From the NCBI RefSeq assembly GCF_036321535.1, contig NC_087466.1, positions 1,612,001 through 1,676,000 on the forward strand: a stretch of 64,000 bases of DNA, given 5' to 3'. The DNA is from Camelus dromedarius. Lineage: Eukaryota. The first letter of the stretch is position 1. The number at the start of each line of letters is the position of its first letter. This document shows positions 15,192 through 28,700 of this stretch, piece after piece. The position numbers were made by a program, and so were the translations under genes. The notes beneath the pieces were generated by a model, which made no database searches, had not been told where the DNA came from, and worked only from the letters and a program-made list of their open reading frames with translations.

Positions 15192-16779
15192 TTATGCATT
15201 TGGACAATCAGGGCTCGTCCTTACAGCCATGGTCCAGCTGCCACGTGGGAAATATGTGGGGAGTGGTGCCCTCAACACAGGCTCTCGCTGCCCTCTGCCC
15301 CCGCAACGTGACTGTTCACATGGCACTGGCACCTGCACACAGGGCACAGAGGGAGGGGGACCCAGGAAGGCCGTGGCGAGGCTTGCCTGCCTCTAAGAAC
15401 ATGTGCACAAAGCTTTGGTTTGTGATGGTGCATCTGGCTGTTTTAAGGGCAAACAGTCCTGGTCAGGTGGTTATTCACAACTGCAGACAGGGCGAGAGAC
15501 ATGAAAGTGTAATTACAGCAACTTGCCTGTGGGCTCCGTCCTACAAGGGTCAGCATGGGAGCTGACCCCGGTCATGTCGGGGTGAGGAAGGGGTGCCACC
15601 GTGAGCACATGCGTCCTCAACAGGTGCTGGGGGGCAGGAGCCAATGGCTCACCACCACCAGCTCACATGGGGACATCCTAGGGCCCCAAGCTCAGCCATG
15701 TCCCCTGGGGCTCAGGGTAGGGACAGACTACCGCACACCCGTCCACAGGGGCCACCTGGAAAGCAGACTGCTGGTCACCAGACCAGGCCACACAGGGTGG
15801 CTGCTCTAGAAATCCTGCGCCATCACACAGGGCGCAGGACTCCCTCCACGTGTTCATGCCAGCCTGCAATTGAGAACTGGCTGCACTGAAGGTCCTTGTC
15901 TTCTCTAAATAAAGTCCACAAGCTAAAATGCATTAATTGTTCATATCTGCTACATGATTCCAAATCTATCTTCTACTCTCATCGAAAAAGTTTCTTCCCA
16001 AATGCTAAAATATCATAAAAGCTTTAAAAATTGATGGGTGGAGATGGACTTCACTGTGCAAAAATTTAGTAAAAAGTTGCCAGAGGCCAGTGAGGATGAG
16101 GGGCCTCAGTGTCTAAGAAGGCGTGTTTGGGGCATTAAGACTTGCTCAAAAAAACCGCATCCCAGCCTGGGGCCAGGAATGGCAGGCCAGGTAGGGCCAG
16201 GTGACTTCACCCACTGGCAATGCGTTTCAAGGTGAAGAATCATCCACCTTGATGGTTTGCCTGCAATCTCTGAAAAATAGTTCTGATGCTGAAGCTTATT
16301 TTAAACTAAAAAGGTCTAAAATACTCCTTCCTAACTATTGTAACTTTTTCAGAGAAGAAAACAAAACACCGGAGGCAGGGAAGGGGATGTGGGGTGCAGG
16401 CGCACACTTCTGACCAGGGCCCTGCGGTGCCCACGGGAGCTGCAGGCGCAGGGCTTTCTCATTTCATGTTATCCAACTATCACTGCTGGTCAGTGCACGT
16501 GATGTACTAAAATTCATGGAAACCTTCATAAAACGGGTCTGGAGCAAGTCCACACGAGCAGAGACCACAGCGACCTCCAAGCTCTTGGCTTCCACTAGTG
16601 CGGAGGCTGAGTTGATGCTGGAACACGTCCGCTCAGACCTGGGGGTGGCCCTGGCTGTCCCCATCTCAGATACGCAGCTGCAGGGGAGGACCTCAGACTG
16701 GAGCCCGAGGCTGCAGAGCAAGCAGCGTGGACTGTCCACAGCGGAGCAGGCGGCCCTGAGCCCGGTCCTGCCGCCTCCC

Positions 16780-19700
16780 TCACACGTCCACAGTGCACAG
16801 GGGCTCCCCACCAGGCTGCGCAGACGCCACGATGGACATCTTGGGCTTCTTCCGTGTCTCCTCCTGAAGGACAGCCAAGGTCAGGGATGTAGGCGATGTG
16901 GGAACACACAGCCCAACCTTGGGCAAGAGGCTCTAGGGGAGGGGGAGGGGGCGGGGTAAGCCCAGCAGACGGGCAGGAGGGCAGGCCCGAGGGGTGGGCT
17001 GCCAGGCAGGAGAGTCTCCCTGAACGCCATCATGTGCTAGTGTTCCCTCTGGACCAGGATGCACCCGGAAGCAAGAGATCAAGGTCACAGACACAAGGGA
17101 CCACATAGCTTCCCTGGCACGAGACCCACACTCCCTCACAGAACCCCTGAGGACCCCGGTGAGGGACCCACAGGGACCCCAGGTCAGCACACGGGAGGCC
17201 AGGGCTGCCAGGTCTCAAATTTAACCAAAGACCAAGTGCAGCCCAGAGGCAGGCAGGCCTGATGTGTGAGGACGGTGGGCCCCAGGCCTCACCCTCTCCT
17301 CCGCCAGCCTCCGCATCTCCTCTTGCAGCTTGCTCAGGATGTGCAGGTTTGGCTTGTTCTTCCGGGCAAACTGCTGCAACTCAATCACGCTCTTGTCCGA
17401 GGTCTCCTGGGGAGCAGGACCTTGCTGGCGGGACAGCCCGGGGCCCCAGGCACACCGGCCAGCCCACCCTCGACCCATATGCAGGCCAACACAGTCCCCG
17501 CTCCCTTGCTGACCATGTCACCCCCACATGGCCTCCTCCCTGCACAGAGCAGCCTCTGCTCCTGCCCTGGGCACAGCCCCTGACAGCCATCAACAGGGCA
17601 CTCTGTGCCCAGAGCCCTCAGACTGAAGTGACCAGAGCAGAATCTTGCCAGCAGGACAGCACTTGGGGCCAGTGTCGCCTCCCTCGCCTGCCCTGTCATG
17701 CCCAGAACAAGGAGCTCTGCAGGGACAGCCTCAGGGCCCACAGCATGGTCCTAGGGGTCACCACCTGCAGCCCCTACCCCCTACGCCCACCACTTACTGG
17801 GGTGCCAACGATCCAGACCACTCATGTTAACATCAGGGGGAAAAATCCAAGAACACAAACCTCACTTCCCTGTTCTCCACCCCAAAAGCACAAAAACCTA
17901 AGGATATTGGCTAAAATCTCGAGATCTTGGCAAAACAGCAGAAACAAAACAGGTGACACACAGGAGCTGCCCAAAGGCAAACTGGTGCCGGTTGCAGGGG
18001 GAGCCAGGGGAGCCGCCTGGGCGCGCCTGCTCACTCCCCTCCCTCACCCACACCTCCTGCCTCTGCCGGCACTCCAGCCCCCTCCCCACGCAGCCTCACC
18101 CAGCCAGACATGCCCCAGAGCCCAAGAGTCCACCCCTGACGGCAGGACCCCCGCTTACCTGTTTGACCATCTTGCTGCTTTCGCGGCCATACATGCGAAG
18201 CAAAGATCCCCAGTTCTTCACGTGCGGGTGCAGCAGCTGAAGGATTTTCTGGGAGGCTAACTGTTTCCCAACTCGCTTATTCTTACCTATGAGGAGACAG
18301 GAAGTCCAAACACTGGCCATCCCCAGGGCCACTTCACCCAGACAGGGAGGGGCGGCAGGTTCGGCCCCTGCACTGGGCGCCACACCTCAGCCCTGAGGCC
18401 AGGTTCTGGCCCTGCCCCGTTTTGCACAACAGCCCAGCAGAGGCTGTGGGAGGTCAGGATGTGTCCAAATCCACAGGGTAAGTGGCCTCCCTCCCACCAC
18501 CCTCCACCTGCGGACACACACACAAGGTGTCCTGCAGGGCTGGCATGGGGGTGGGGGCCGGGGGTGTGTCCAGAGGATATCATGTGCTACAGAGGTTTCC
18601 AGAGGGAGGTAAGGCAGGACCAGGGTCCAGAGTGGGTCTGGAGATACCTCTGGCCAGTGGGCCAAGGCCAAGCCTCCTCCCAGAGAGGGCCTCTGGCTCG
18701 GACAAGGGGTCACGGCGCCAGGACCCCTCCTCTGTCCCACGCCCTGTCCACCTGCTGGGGACTGGTCCCAGCAAGGACTGGTATCTGCTGGGGCACAGGG
18801 CACATCCAGGTCTGAATGGTTATTCAAATTCCCAGGACCTCTCTGTGCATTACCGTCTGACCTACCCAGCACTGGTCTTGTGTTTACAGGAGTTACACGA
18901 AGTTTCTTTTAAATAAGGTTATATCCAGAACCCAACTGAGGTGAGGAACACAGCCAGCGCCCCTGCTCCCTCCAACGACCGAGGGCTGGGCGGGGGCAGT
19001 GACTGCAGGAGGGAGCACACAGCCTCACCAACACGACCAGCCCAGGCTCAGGAGACGGACGCCCACAGCCACGCCTCAGGCTGGCTGTGTTTCAACATCA
19101 GCATGAGATGCTGGGCACAACTGCAGGCAGTTGGGACGCACAGCTGATACTGGGGCGATAGCAGGGCAGTGGTCCCAGGGCCACTGAAAGTGTGTTTGGG
19201 GGTGGGGACTTCTTACACCAGCCGCGCACTGTGTGCTTGCCACACGCCATGACGTATTCACTCTTCTGGTTTTTACCAGGAACCACTTCAAACTTGATGG
19301 AGGTGTCCCCCATTCCGTGGTTTCTGTGGGAGGAACAGCCGCTGACATCAGCTGAGCGGGAGGAAATGGCTCCTTCCAGAAAACCCTCCAAGGGCCCCAC
19401 AAGATGCCAGCTCTTCTCCCCAAACTGCTTCTCAGCTCGAGAGGAGGGGGTTCTGGATACACGCCCCCCAGCGGGGTGGACAGATGGGAGCGGTGGTGTG
19501 CGGGGCACCCGGGGGAGCCCGCCCCACCTTTTAAGGCACTCATGGAGGATCTGGTAGGGAGACAGCAACCCGGCCTTGCTGGTCAGCTCGTAGACCCGCG
19601 AGTCCTCGATGCTGATGTGGTTGAAGTACTACAAAAGAAAGCAGCCGGTTGTCATCCGGGACCGCAACCACAGCCCCATGGAGCTGCTCCCATGCGACGT

Positions 19701-22700
19701 GGTGGCCACGGCCCAGGCCGCCTGCCCGCCTGCCCGCCTGCCCAGGGAGCCTGCTCGGAGTCTGAGTCTGCTCAGACAGCTGGTCAGGAATCTCAAGATA
19801 CACAACCTTCAGGAAAAACATGGAAATCATTGTGAGGTTACAGGAGGGAAGCTGACCAGAGACAACAGAACAGGAAGGTTCCCAGGGTGACTAACCCAAC
19901 CAGTTTAAGAGAAAAAGGGAGTTCTGCGGAGCAGAGGCCAACATGGCCCACAGGTGGCTCTTGACCCCAGCGGCCCAGTGCCTCCCTGGCGGGGCTGTCT
20001 GTCTCGCACAGCAGCGGTAACAGAGAACCACAGCGCTGGAGGGGCTGAGAACAACAGCCCCGTATCCTCTGGCTCTGGAGGCTAGAGTCCGGGAGCCAGG
20101 TGTTGGCCAGCCCCGCTCCCTAGAAGCCTCTCAGGAGGACCCTTCCTGGACTCACCAGCCTCTGGAGCCCCCAGCATCCTCGGCTTGTGGCTGCATCACC
20201 GCACCCCACCGTAGTGGGTGAAGGCGGCACTGATCCCAGCAACCAGAAGCTGCCCTCTCTAAGCGCTGCCTCCCAACACCCACATGCCCACCAGACTGGG
20301 CTCCTCAGTGCACCCAACATGGTCTTCATGGGGGCCGCACACGGGCTCCACCGACCACACCACGCTACAGGTGAGTAACCCAGCCTCCCACATCGCCCCT
20401 CCCTGACCCTGGGAGAGGGGGAGGATGAGGCTAAAGCCCAGCCTCTAACTGCACGGGTGGGTCCCTGGCCGCCAGCACCCCCTCCCCCAGGGCCCCCCGG
20501 CATCACAGTGGGAACATATGCAGGTGCAGCTGGGGGACGCCAAACAGCAGGACATCCCTTCACCCTCAGCACCTGGAGCTACTACAGGAACTGGGGATAC
20601 AAACCAAACAGGTACCTCTCATTACATCACAGTATCACAAACATGCACGCGCCTCAACACCGCAATACATGCAGCAAAACTTGACTGGAGAGACAAGAGA
20701 AACTGGAGAAACAGAACCTGCTCGCAACAACGGACAGCCGACCCACAAGGACTGAGCACAGCAACACCACACCAGCTCCAGCCAGACATCTGGTTACTCT
20801 GCCCTTCACATGTGGCCACCACACAGGCCTTGATAAACTTACAAATGCCTTCTGAAATCACACCAACCACAGTGGACTTACACCAGACACCAGTAACTGG
20901 GGAAAACTTCGGAGATTAACAAACATGTGAAAAGCAGACACTCCTAAAATAGCCAGTCGTTCACAAAGGGAACCACCAGAAAGACTAGAAAAGTGCCTGA
21001 AGGTGGAATGAAAACAGAGACACAACACAGACTGAGGCAAAATCATGGGATGCAAAGTAGAACAGAAAAGAAAATTCATAGCTGTAAACTCTGTGTTTAT
21101 AAAGAACATCTCAAAGCAATACCCTAAGCTTAAGGAGCTAGAAAAAAGAACAAACTGAACCCAAGGTGGGCAGAAACAAGGAAATAATAAAGGCTAGAGT
21201 AGATGTAAGTAGAGAATAAAAGACCAACAGGAAAAATCAATAAAACCACAAGCTGGACCTTTGAAAAGATGAACAACAGTGACAAGACTTTAGTCAGACT
21301 GACCCTGGCCCAGTGGGGATTTCACGACCTCACTGAGACCAAGTGGGTCACAGGGGGCACAGTGAGTGTGCATCTAGGCCCAGATGTTTCCACTGGGAAT
21401 TCTATCAAATGCTGAAAAAAACACCAATCCTTCACAAACAATTCCACACAACGGAAGAGGCCAGTATTCCCCTGGTAACAACACCAGAGACATCACGAGG
21501 AAAGAAATACAAGCCTGTATCCCTTATAAATACAGCTGCAAAAACCCTTAACAAAATACTAGCAGGCCAAATCCAGCAACACATAAAAGTGACTATACAC
21601 CATGACCAGGTGGGATTTATCCCAGGAAGGTTTGTTTAACAGTAAGACGTCAACAAAACACACCCCCATATCAGTAAAGACAAAAAACACGTGATCACTT
21701 CAACAGAAGCAGAAAAAATAAAACCCAACATCCATTCCTGACAAAAACTCTCAGCAAACAAGGAGTGGAGAGAAGCCCTGTCAATCTGACAGGACCCACA
21801 GTTCACCCCAGCTCCGTGGAGGCCGGGAACAAAGGGCCACCAGCCGGCTGAGTCCCCCGAGAGTGGATGCCCAGAACCGGGAAATCCAGGGACAGAAAGG
21901 AGCATGGGGGTGGCCGGGGTGGAGGGCTGGGAACAGGGAGGGTGGGGGTGACTGCTAATGGGGCAGGGTTTCTTTTGGGGACGGCTGTACAACTCTCATT
22001 CAAAGTTACAAAAACCCACTGAACTGCACAGTTTAAAAGGGCAAAATTTATGGTATATAAATTACACACCAATAAAGGTGTTCTAAAAAGAATGCAATCT
22101 TTAGAGTGAGAAGCCCTTGCCACAAATAACCACAGTATCATTATTTCCCCCAAAAAGTTTATGAGTAGTTTTAAATGGTTTTCAATGTAAAGGACAATGT
22201 CGCCCCAAAGGTCCCCTCCCCCGAGGATCCTGACTCACTTCCCACACGTTTCCTGGCACTGGGAACTTCCACCGCCCACTGCGAGACGCGGGGACAAGCG
22301 TCTCTGACAGAAGCGACCTCTCGGCCTGCATGCGCAAAGACAGGCAGGCCTCCTCTCACGAACAGGAGGCAGGAGCACCTGGAGGCTGGACAGCCCGGCT
22401 GACGGGCGGGTGGCGGCACTCACCTCCAGCTCCTCGCTGTCCTTGGGCTTCTCCTCGGACGTCTGTTTAACAAAGTCAGGGATGAGGATTTCCAGCGTAG
22501 CCCGAGCTACGGAAAGAGAAACCCTGAGGGTGAGGGTGTGGGCGAGGGCATAGGCAAGGGCGAGGGCGAGGACAGCGGCCCTACGAGCCACACGGGGCCC
22601 CATGGTGGGCAGGCAGATGGATCTGCAGGACCTGGAGTAGGTAGGGCCCCAAAGGCCAGATACTCTGGGGAAGCATCCAGGGAGGGAGCACCGGGTGTCA

Positions 22701-25700
22701 GTGCCAGCAGACTGGGGCGCAGGCGTCCAGTGGGGAGCACACGGGGAGGAGGACATCCCCGCTGCCCGTGGCCCCCTCGCAGGTTTTGGCTGCAAAGCTC
22801 GGAACACCCCGTTTGTAGCGCTGGAAAAGGCCTTTGGGAGGTTCTCTCTAAAACGGAAGGGAGCCTGGGGCAAAGTGTGTGAGCCTAGCACGGCCGCCCG
22901 CAGCAGAGGACAGACAGGGACGCCGGATTCCAATCGTCTTTAACATTCGCCACCGAAGGAAAGCAACAGCCAGGGAACCCCTGAGCCCTGGGAGCGCAGA
23001 CACAGATCCCCCAAGACTCAGTCAGACTCTGGTGTGAGGTAACTGACCCGCTCCGCCCCCGGGAAGAGGCAGAAGCCCACAGGTGGGGGGCCTGGGCGCA
23101 CACAGCACCACCGGCCGTGAGGCTCGCTCCCCAGAGGAGGCCAACAACGCTGGTGCTGGGCCAGACAGCTTCTAGAAAAGACCTCCAACAACTACCAGTG
23201 CTGGGAAAAAGCAAGCGAGAGAACGCGGTCAGGAGGGGCGACAGTTTTAACCAGAGAGCCCTGGCATTCCCAGGCTGCGTCCAGGGGCAGCAGTCCACAC
23301 TCGGAGTCTGAATGACTCGGAACGGCCCTCGTCAATGTCAACTCCACTTGAGGGGGATGGTGGCGGCCCACTGCGGGTCTCAGCACGGCCACGCTGTGCT
23401 CAGTTTCAATACAGGAGGCCCAGGTGGGCTCCAGCAGCGCTGACCCCACCCAACACCTGTGAGCGTCAGGGACAGGGCAGGAGGCCCAGCCGTCCGAGAG
23501 AAGGACTATCTACTTTGACTTCTCACCTTCTACTTTTTCTATTTGACTCTTTCCTAATGAGCACACAGTTACAAAAAGTCAAAGCAAGTGATTACACAGG
23601 TAAGACAGGCCTGCCCCTCCCCGCCCGTCCCTAACCAAAGGTGGGGTCTCGACACCGAGTGGGTACGTTACCAGCTTTGTTCTTCGCTAGTTTTTTGCTG
23701 CTCGCAGTTCCAGATCCATAGGTCACACCATCAATGGTCACCGAGGCACCAAAAGGTTCACTTGGGTTCTCTTAAAATTAAAATTGCTATTTTAAAACAC
23801 ACTTGCCAAGACACCAAAAGCATACGTGCAAACACACAATCTGCTTACACTGACAGGCAAGGTGGGGGCAGGGCTGCTGTTGGAAGGCAGAGGTCTGGGG
23901 TTCCCAAGGCACTGAGCTGGGGCTAAGGGACAGTCAGCAGGCAGAGAGCAAACCAGGAAATGGACAAACAGGGGCCCTGTGGTAGTAAGCTGGAGGGGAG
24001 ACAGGAGGCCAGAGGCAGAGCCACCAGGGAAGGGATCAAGCTCTAAGAAAGACGGGCAGACGGAGGACTGTGAGAGGCGGGAACCAAAGACACAGGAGAA
24101 AGGAGTGACGCCGAGGTCCTGGCTTCCCAGGGGAGAAAACCCGGTCCTCCTGGAGGAGCAAGGAGGGTAGCCACAGGGGAGGCTGGTGGGAGGTGCAGGC
24201 CTGCAGCTCTTCATCCACCTAGGCCCTCGGGAGGCGCGGTGGCCAGGGAGGGACAAGAGGAAGGTGGGGAGGGGGTGTGGAGAGTAGGACGGTCACCCTT
24301 GGACAGGGCATGTCCCTCCTCGACCTCACCCTCATTTCTGTCCCAGCAGACAGTCAGCTCCTGCCTCCCCCGTGACCAAGGTGACAGGCTTGACTCTTCA
24401 GGACGAGACGAAAAGGCACTCACCACATTCAAAGAAGTTGTACACAGGGCGGACCTTGAGCACTCGCTGCATGTACTCGTGCAGAATGCAGACCTCGGAC
24501 TTCCCGTTGGGGTTAATGACAAACTCTGCAACAAGAGGGGCTGTCTCAGCTGCGGCATGTGACTGTGGCAAGCTAGCCCTCGGCCCCGCCACGCCCCGCT
24601 TCTGCGGGTGAGAACCTGGCGCACATGCAGGGCAGACGGGCTGTGAACAGACACAGCCCCCGCCAGGCACCAGTCCCAAGAATGTTGGGTGAAGAGAACG
24701 CCAGCAGGACCGGTCCGACTTGAGAATCCCCCAGCCCAGCTCACCTTTCTTCGTGGGTGCGTCCTGCACAGACAGAGTGATGAGCTTCTGGTTGGCCGGC
24801 AGGATGGGCCTCTCCGACTCGGCCTGTTTTCGCTTCATTTCTCGATTGAACTGCCGACGCTCAGCCCACGTCCTGAATTTCTTCACAGTAACTTGCTCGA
24901 AGTCAAAGCGTTTCTCTAGGTAGTTCCGAAATTCCTCGAGGTCTGCAGAGATTCACCAGAGACCAGAGTCACTGATTCCCAGCCTGAGAGTCTTGTCCTC
25001 TGCCCGGCAAGCAGGACTGGTCCTGGCTGCACGATGCCCCTGCCCTTTCCTCCCCAAGGAGGGAGGCCAGGAATCAGGCCCCTTCCCTCTGCCAGCTCAA
25101 ATGATCCAGGCAGGTCCCCACGGACAACTTTCTGGGACATCCTTTCATCTTATTCAAAGCAAGAACAAGAATACAAAAATAAGCAAGAAAAAAAGCTTAA
25201 AACAGCAGCAGAGGTGACAGCAGCCTCACAAACTATCCTCCCTCTGAAATGGGCACCGGACGCCCTGCAGCAGCCGAGGCACCGTAAGTCCCCAGTGCTC
25301 CCAGGCCCGGCCCCACCTCTCCCCACAGGCCTGGCTCGGCCCGGTCTCTGCCATGTCCCCTCCTCCTCACCCCATTCAGGGAGGACACAGGGTTCCCATC
25401 AGCTTCACCCAGGACCTGCCTGTGCCCCACCATGCCAGTGTGAGCCCTGCGGCGGCCCCACAAGCAACAGCGGAAGGGGGTGTGGCAATCAACGTGGGCC
25501 ACGTAACACACTTAAATATGAACCGAAACCACAAGCTTCTTTATCCATGAGTGCAGAGAAGCAAGTCTGGAAACAAGTGCACAAGGTGAGAGGTGAGAGG
25601 CAGGTGTTTCCAGAAAGACAGGAGCACCCTCAGTGTTCCGTGTGAGGAAGCACACTGCTCAGTGATCTCACAGGGAGGCCCCTCCCAGCTATGACAGCCC

Positions 25701-28700
25701 TCTCCTCAGGGGCCTCCTTCCACCCCTCAGGGGCCGACCTACCCTTCCTCACATACAAGAGTTACAAGACAGGCCAGGCAGCAGCCCAGACAACCGGGAA
25801 TCCTGAGGACACACAGCACTCCTGACAGAGGAGCAGCAGGTGGGCTGAGTCAGCGAGCCACCAGGAGGACATGCGGAGAGGGGACACCACACACCCAGAG
25901 CGTGGCCCTAGGTCTGGGAAGAAGGCAGCACCCACGCCACACAGCGCAGACCCGACGCTGAGCACGCCAGATGTAGCCCCAGAAAAGCAGGACTTCAAGA
26001 AAGATGGAGGCCGCGGCCAGAGGAAAAGGCCGTCTCCTCGGCAACACGGCCACGCAGGCCTGCAGGGCCAGACAGGCCACCGCCGTCCCGACGTTCACTC
26101 TGCAGACTTACCGACTGACTCATCTTTGCACACTTCCACCTTGGCCTTCACCTGCCCCAGGGCCCCAGGGGCGGCCTCGGCCCCCAGTGCGTCTTTCTCA
26201 TCTGGGGGCCCCGAGTCGGCCCCCAAGGAGTCGGGCTCCTCCGGCGGGGGCTCCAGCTCCGCAGACCGGCTCGGGGGCTTGGCCGGGGATACCTCCCCAC
26301 CAGACGCAAGCTCACTGCTCTGCTCCCTCTCCTCGTTGTCCTTCATTTTCTTGTAATGCAGGCAGGGGATGCTACTCAGAGGAGGGTCGTGTTTCTGTGG
26401 ACAGTGAAGTTGCAACACCCATCACAAGCCCGGCCCTGGTCTGCCCGTCCGACGTCTTTCACCTGCCTCTGCTGGGCTGCACCGCAGCGTGTGCAGGTGT
26501 GCACGCTCCTCCTGCAAACCTACGAGACTAAGTGCACAGCCGCTACGTCCCCTACCCGTATGCTTCCCGTTCCCAAGAAGTACGGCCTGGACCAGGTGAC
26601 CACCCGCGACTCTCGGTGCAGGTACACAGGGACTCCGGAGTTATGGAACGTCATGATCCACCCATCGGGCAACGGCTCTGTCGGGGGGCGGCCACGACCT
26701 GCACGAAGCACAGGAACACCAACCATCACCTGAACACTATCAGGAGGTTTTCTAAGTCATGACACGCGACAGACAGCAGCAGTGAGGTCGACCAAACGTT
26801 AAAAGAGGACCCCTAAGAGGCAGGAGTAGGGGAACACTGCGCCCTCCCCTGGGCAGAGCCCATCCCTGCCAAGCCTCCACGAGGCACCTCCCACGTGCAC
26901 AACTGTGCTGTCTGCCGTCTGTGTGTGACTTAGACTCTAGTCCCTCCTGCAGCAGGAAGCCGTCCGTCCTGCTCACTGCTGTACCCCCCGCCTAGAACAG
27001 GGCAGACACGCCAAGGAGCCCAGAACAGGGTTCTGCAAGGCACGGCCTCACCTTGGCTCTGCCTTCACAGCTGGCGAGGACCATGGCCACTGGGCCCCCT
27101 GCCTGCCCGCCTCGCCATGGTCAGAGGCACTGCAGGGGCTGGGGAGGCTTTGCTAATAACTGCATGTCAGTGGACCGCTGCTCCATGACCAGGTGGCAAC
27201 ACTTCCACCAGCGCACAAAGCACCACTTCAAATTCACCACCTTCTAAGTCAGTGTAAGACACCACTCTTGCCCTTTCCTGCTTCACAGTCATCAGACTCG
27301 TTATCCACCTGACATCCGCCACGGACAGGCTTGGCTGCTGGGAACAGCACATGGCAAAGATTTAACTAAAACTTAATTTTCTTACAGGTATCAGGAGCAA
27401 GTTAAAAATTTAGAAACAAAAGTGAAAAACCAAGTGAACTCTAAAAACATGTATTACATGGTGAAACAGCACCAGTGACTCTCGTGGAAAAGGGAGCGGC
27501 ACCCCAGTGCCAGGCCAACACCGGATGGACCTGGGTGTGGGGCGGCCCTGGGAGCTGTGCGAGATTGGACAGCCGCGGACTGCCAGACACTCTCCCCCGG
27601 TGGGGCCTGAAGCCACCTCAAACCTGCTCAATGCAAGGAGTCACAGTGTTGGCCCGGCCGCCAAAGAGCCTGTGTATGGCTTACACCGTAGGTGGGCGCA
27701 GTCCATGTGGCAGCTCCTGGGAGGATGACAGGGAAGGCAGGCGAGGCAGAGGCTGTGGGAAAGGCACCTGCAGGCCTGGCCAGGCATCCCGCTGACCTGG
27801 GCGCTGCTCAAGGCGGCTGTCTGCTCAGACAGCACTCCCAGAGTCCAAGGGACCAGACCCCACTTGGACAGAGCCCGGCCCAGCACTGCCAACATGTGTG
27901 GCCCCCAGGTTGCTCCTGTCACACTCGCCACCTTCTGAGCCAAGTCCCCATGTGTCTCCTCAGCCCCTTTCTATTGCCTGCCTGCCCACCTGATACGCCA
28001 CCTGGACACTCACCGGCGCCTCCAGGCCAAGACAGAAACCAACAAGGACCCTCTGACCTCATCGCATCAGTGGGGCCTGCAGGGCACGGTACCCCCTCAC
28101 CACCACCCGATCCCTCCACCTCTGTCCACGGAAGTGCACCACCTATGCTGTGCACTGGAGCCAGGCTTTCAGACACGTCTGCTTCCAGCGGCTCCCTGAC
28201 TCTCAGCACAGAAGCTAGCACCTGGACCACACCCACCCCTAGCCTTGGCCTCCATGCCCCTGGCTGCCTCCTCCCTGGCTCCTGGGTCCCTGACCCACCT
28301 TGGAAGGCCCCACTATGCTGCACGACCTCAGCCCCTCTAGTCTCCATAGCACTCATGCCACCTGCTGCTGGGCTGTCCTCCACCTGGACATGTGCTCATG
28401 TCTGGTCTGTCTTCCTTCAGCAGACCGGCCGACCCTGACCACTGCTTGGCACCCTGAGGGCTCTCAGGCCAGCACCCGCACCGCCGCAAACACTCCCCAC
28501 TCTCTGACCCCACTTACTTTTGAGCACTGTTTTGATTTTGGTCATCATGGGCTGCACACTCGTCTCTCCATCTGACGGATGGTCGCTGTCTGCCCCATAC
28601 CTCTCCTCCACCCGCCTCTTCTTGGGAGCGCAGAGGCCCTCTTCCAGTAGGGCGTCAACATCGTTGTCAAAGTCATCCTGCAAAACATGCTGCTCAGACC

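Noticed and set aside
17262-18260. 332-aa plus-strand ORF
   Set aside because: Antisense to DGCR8 exons and introns, compositionally random.
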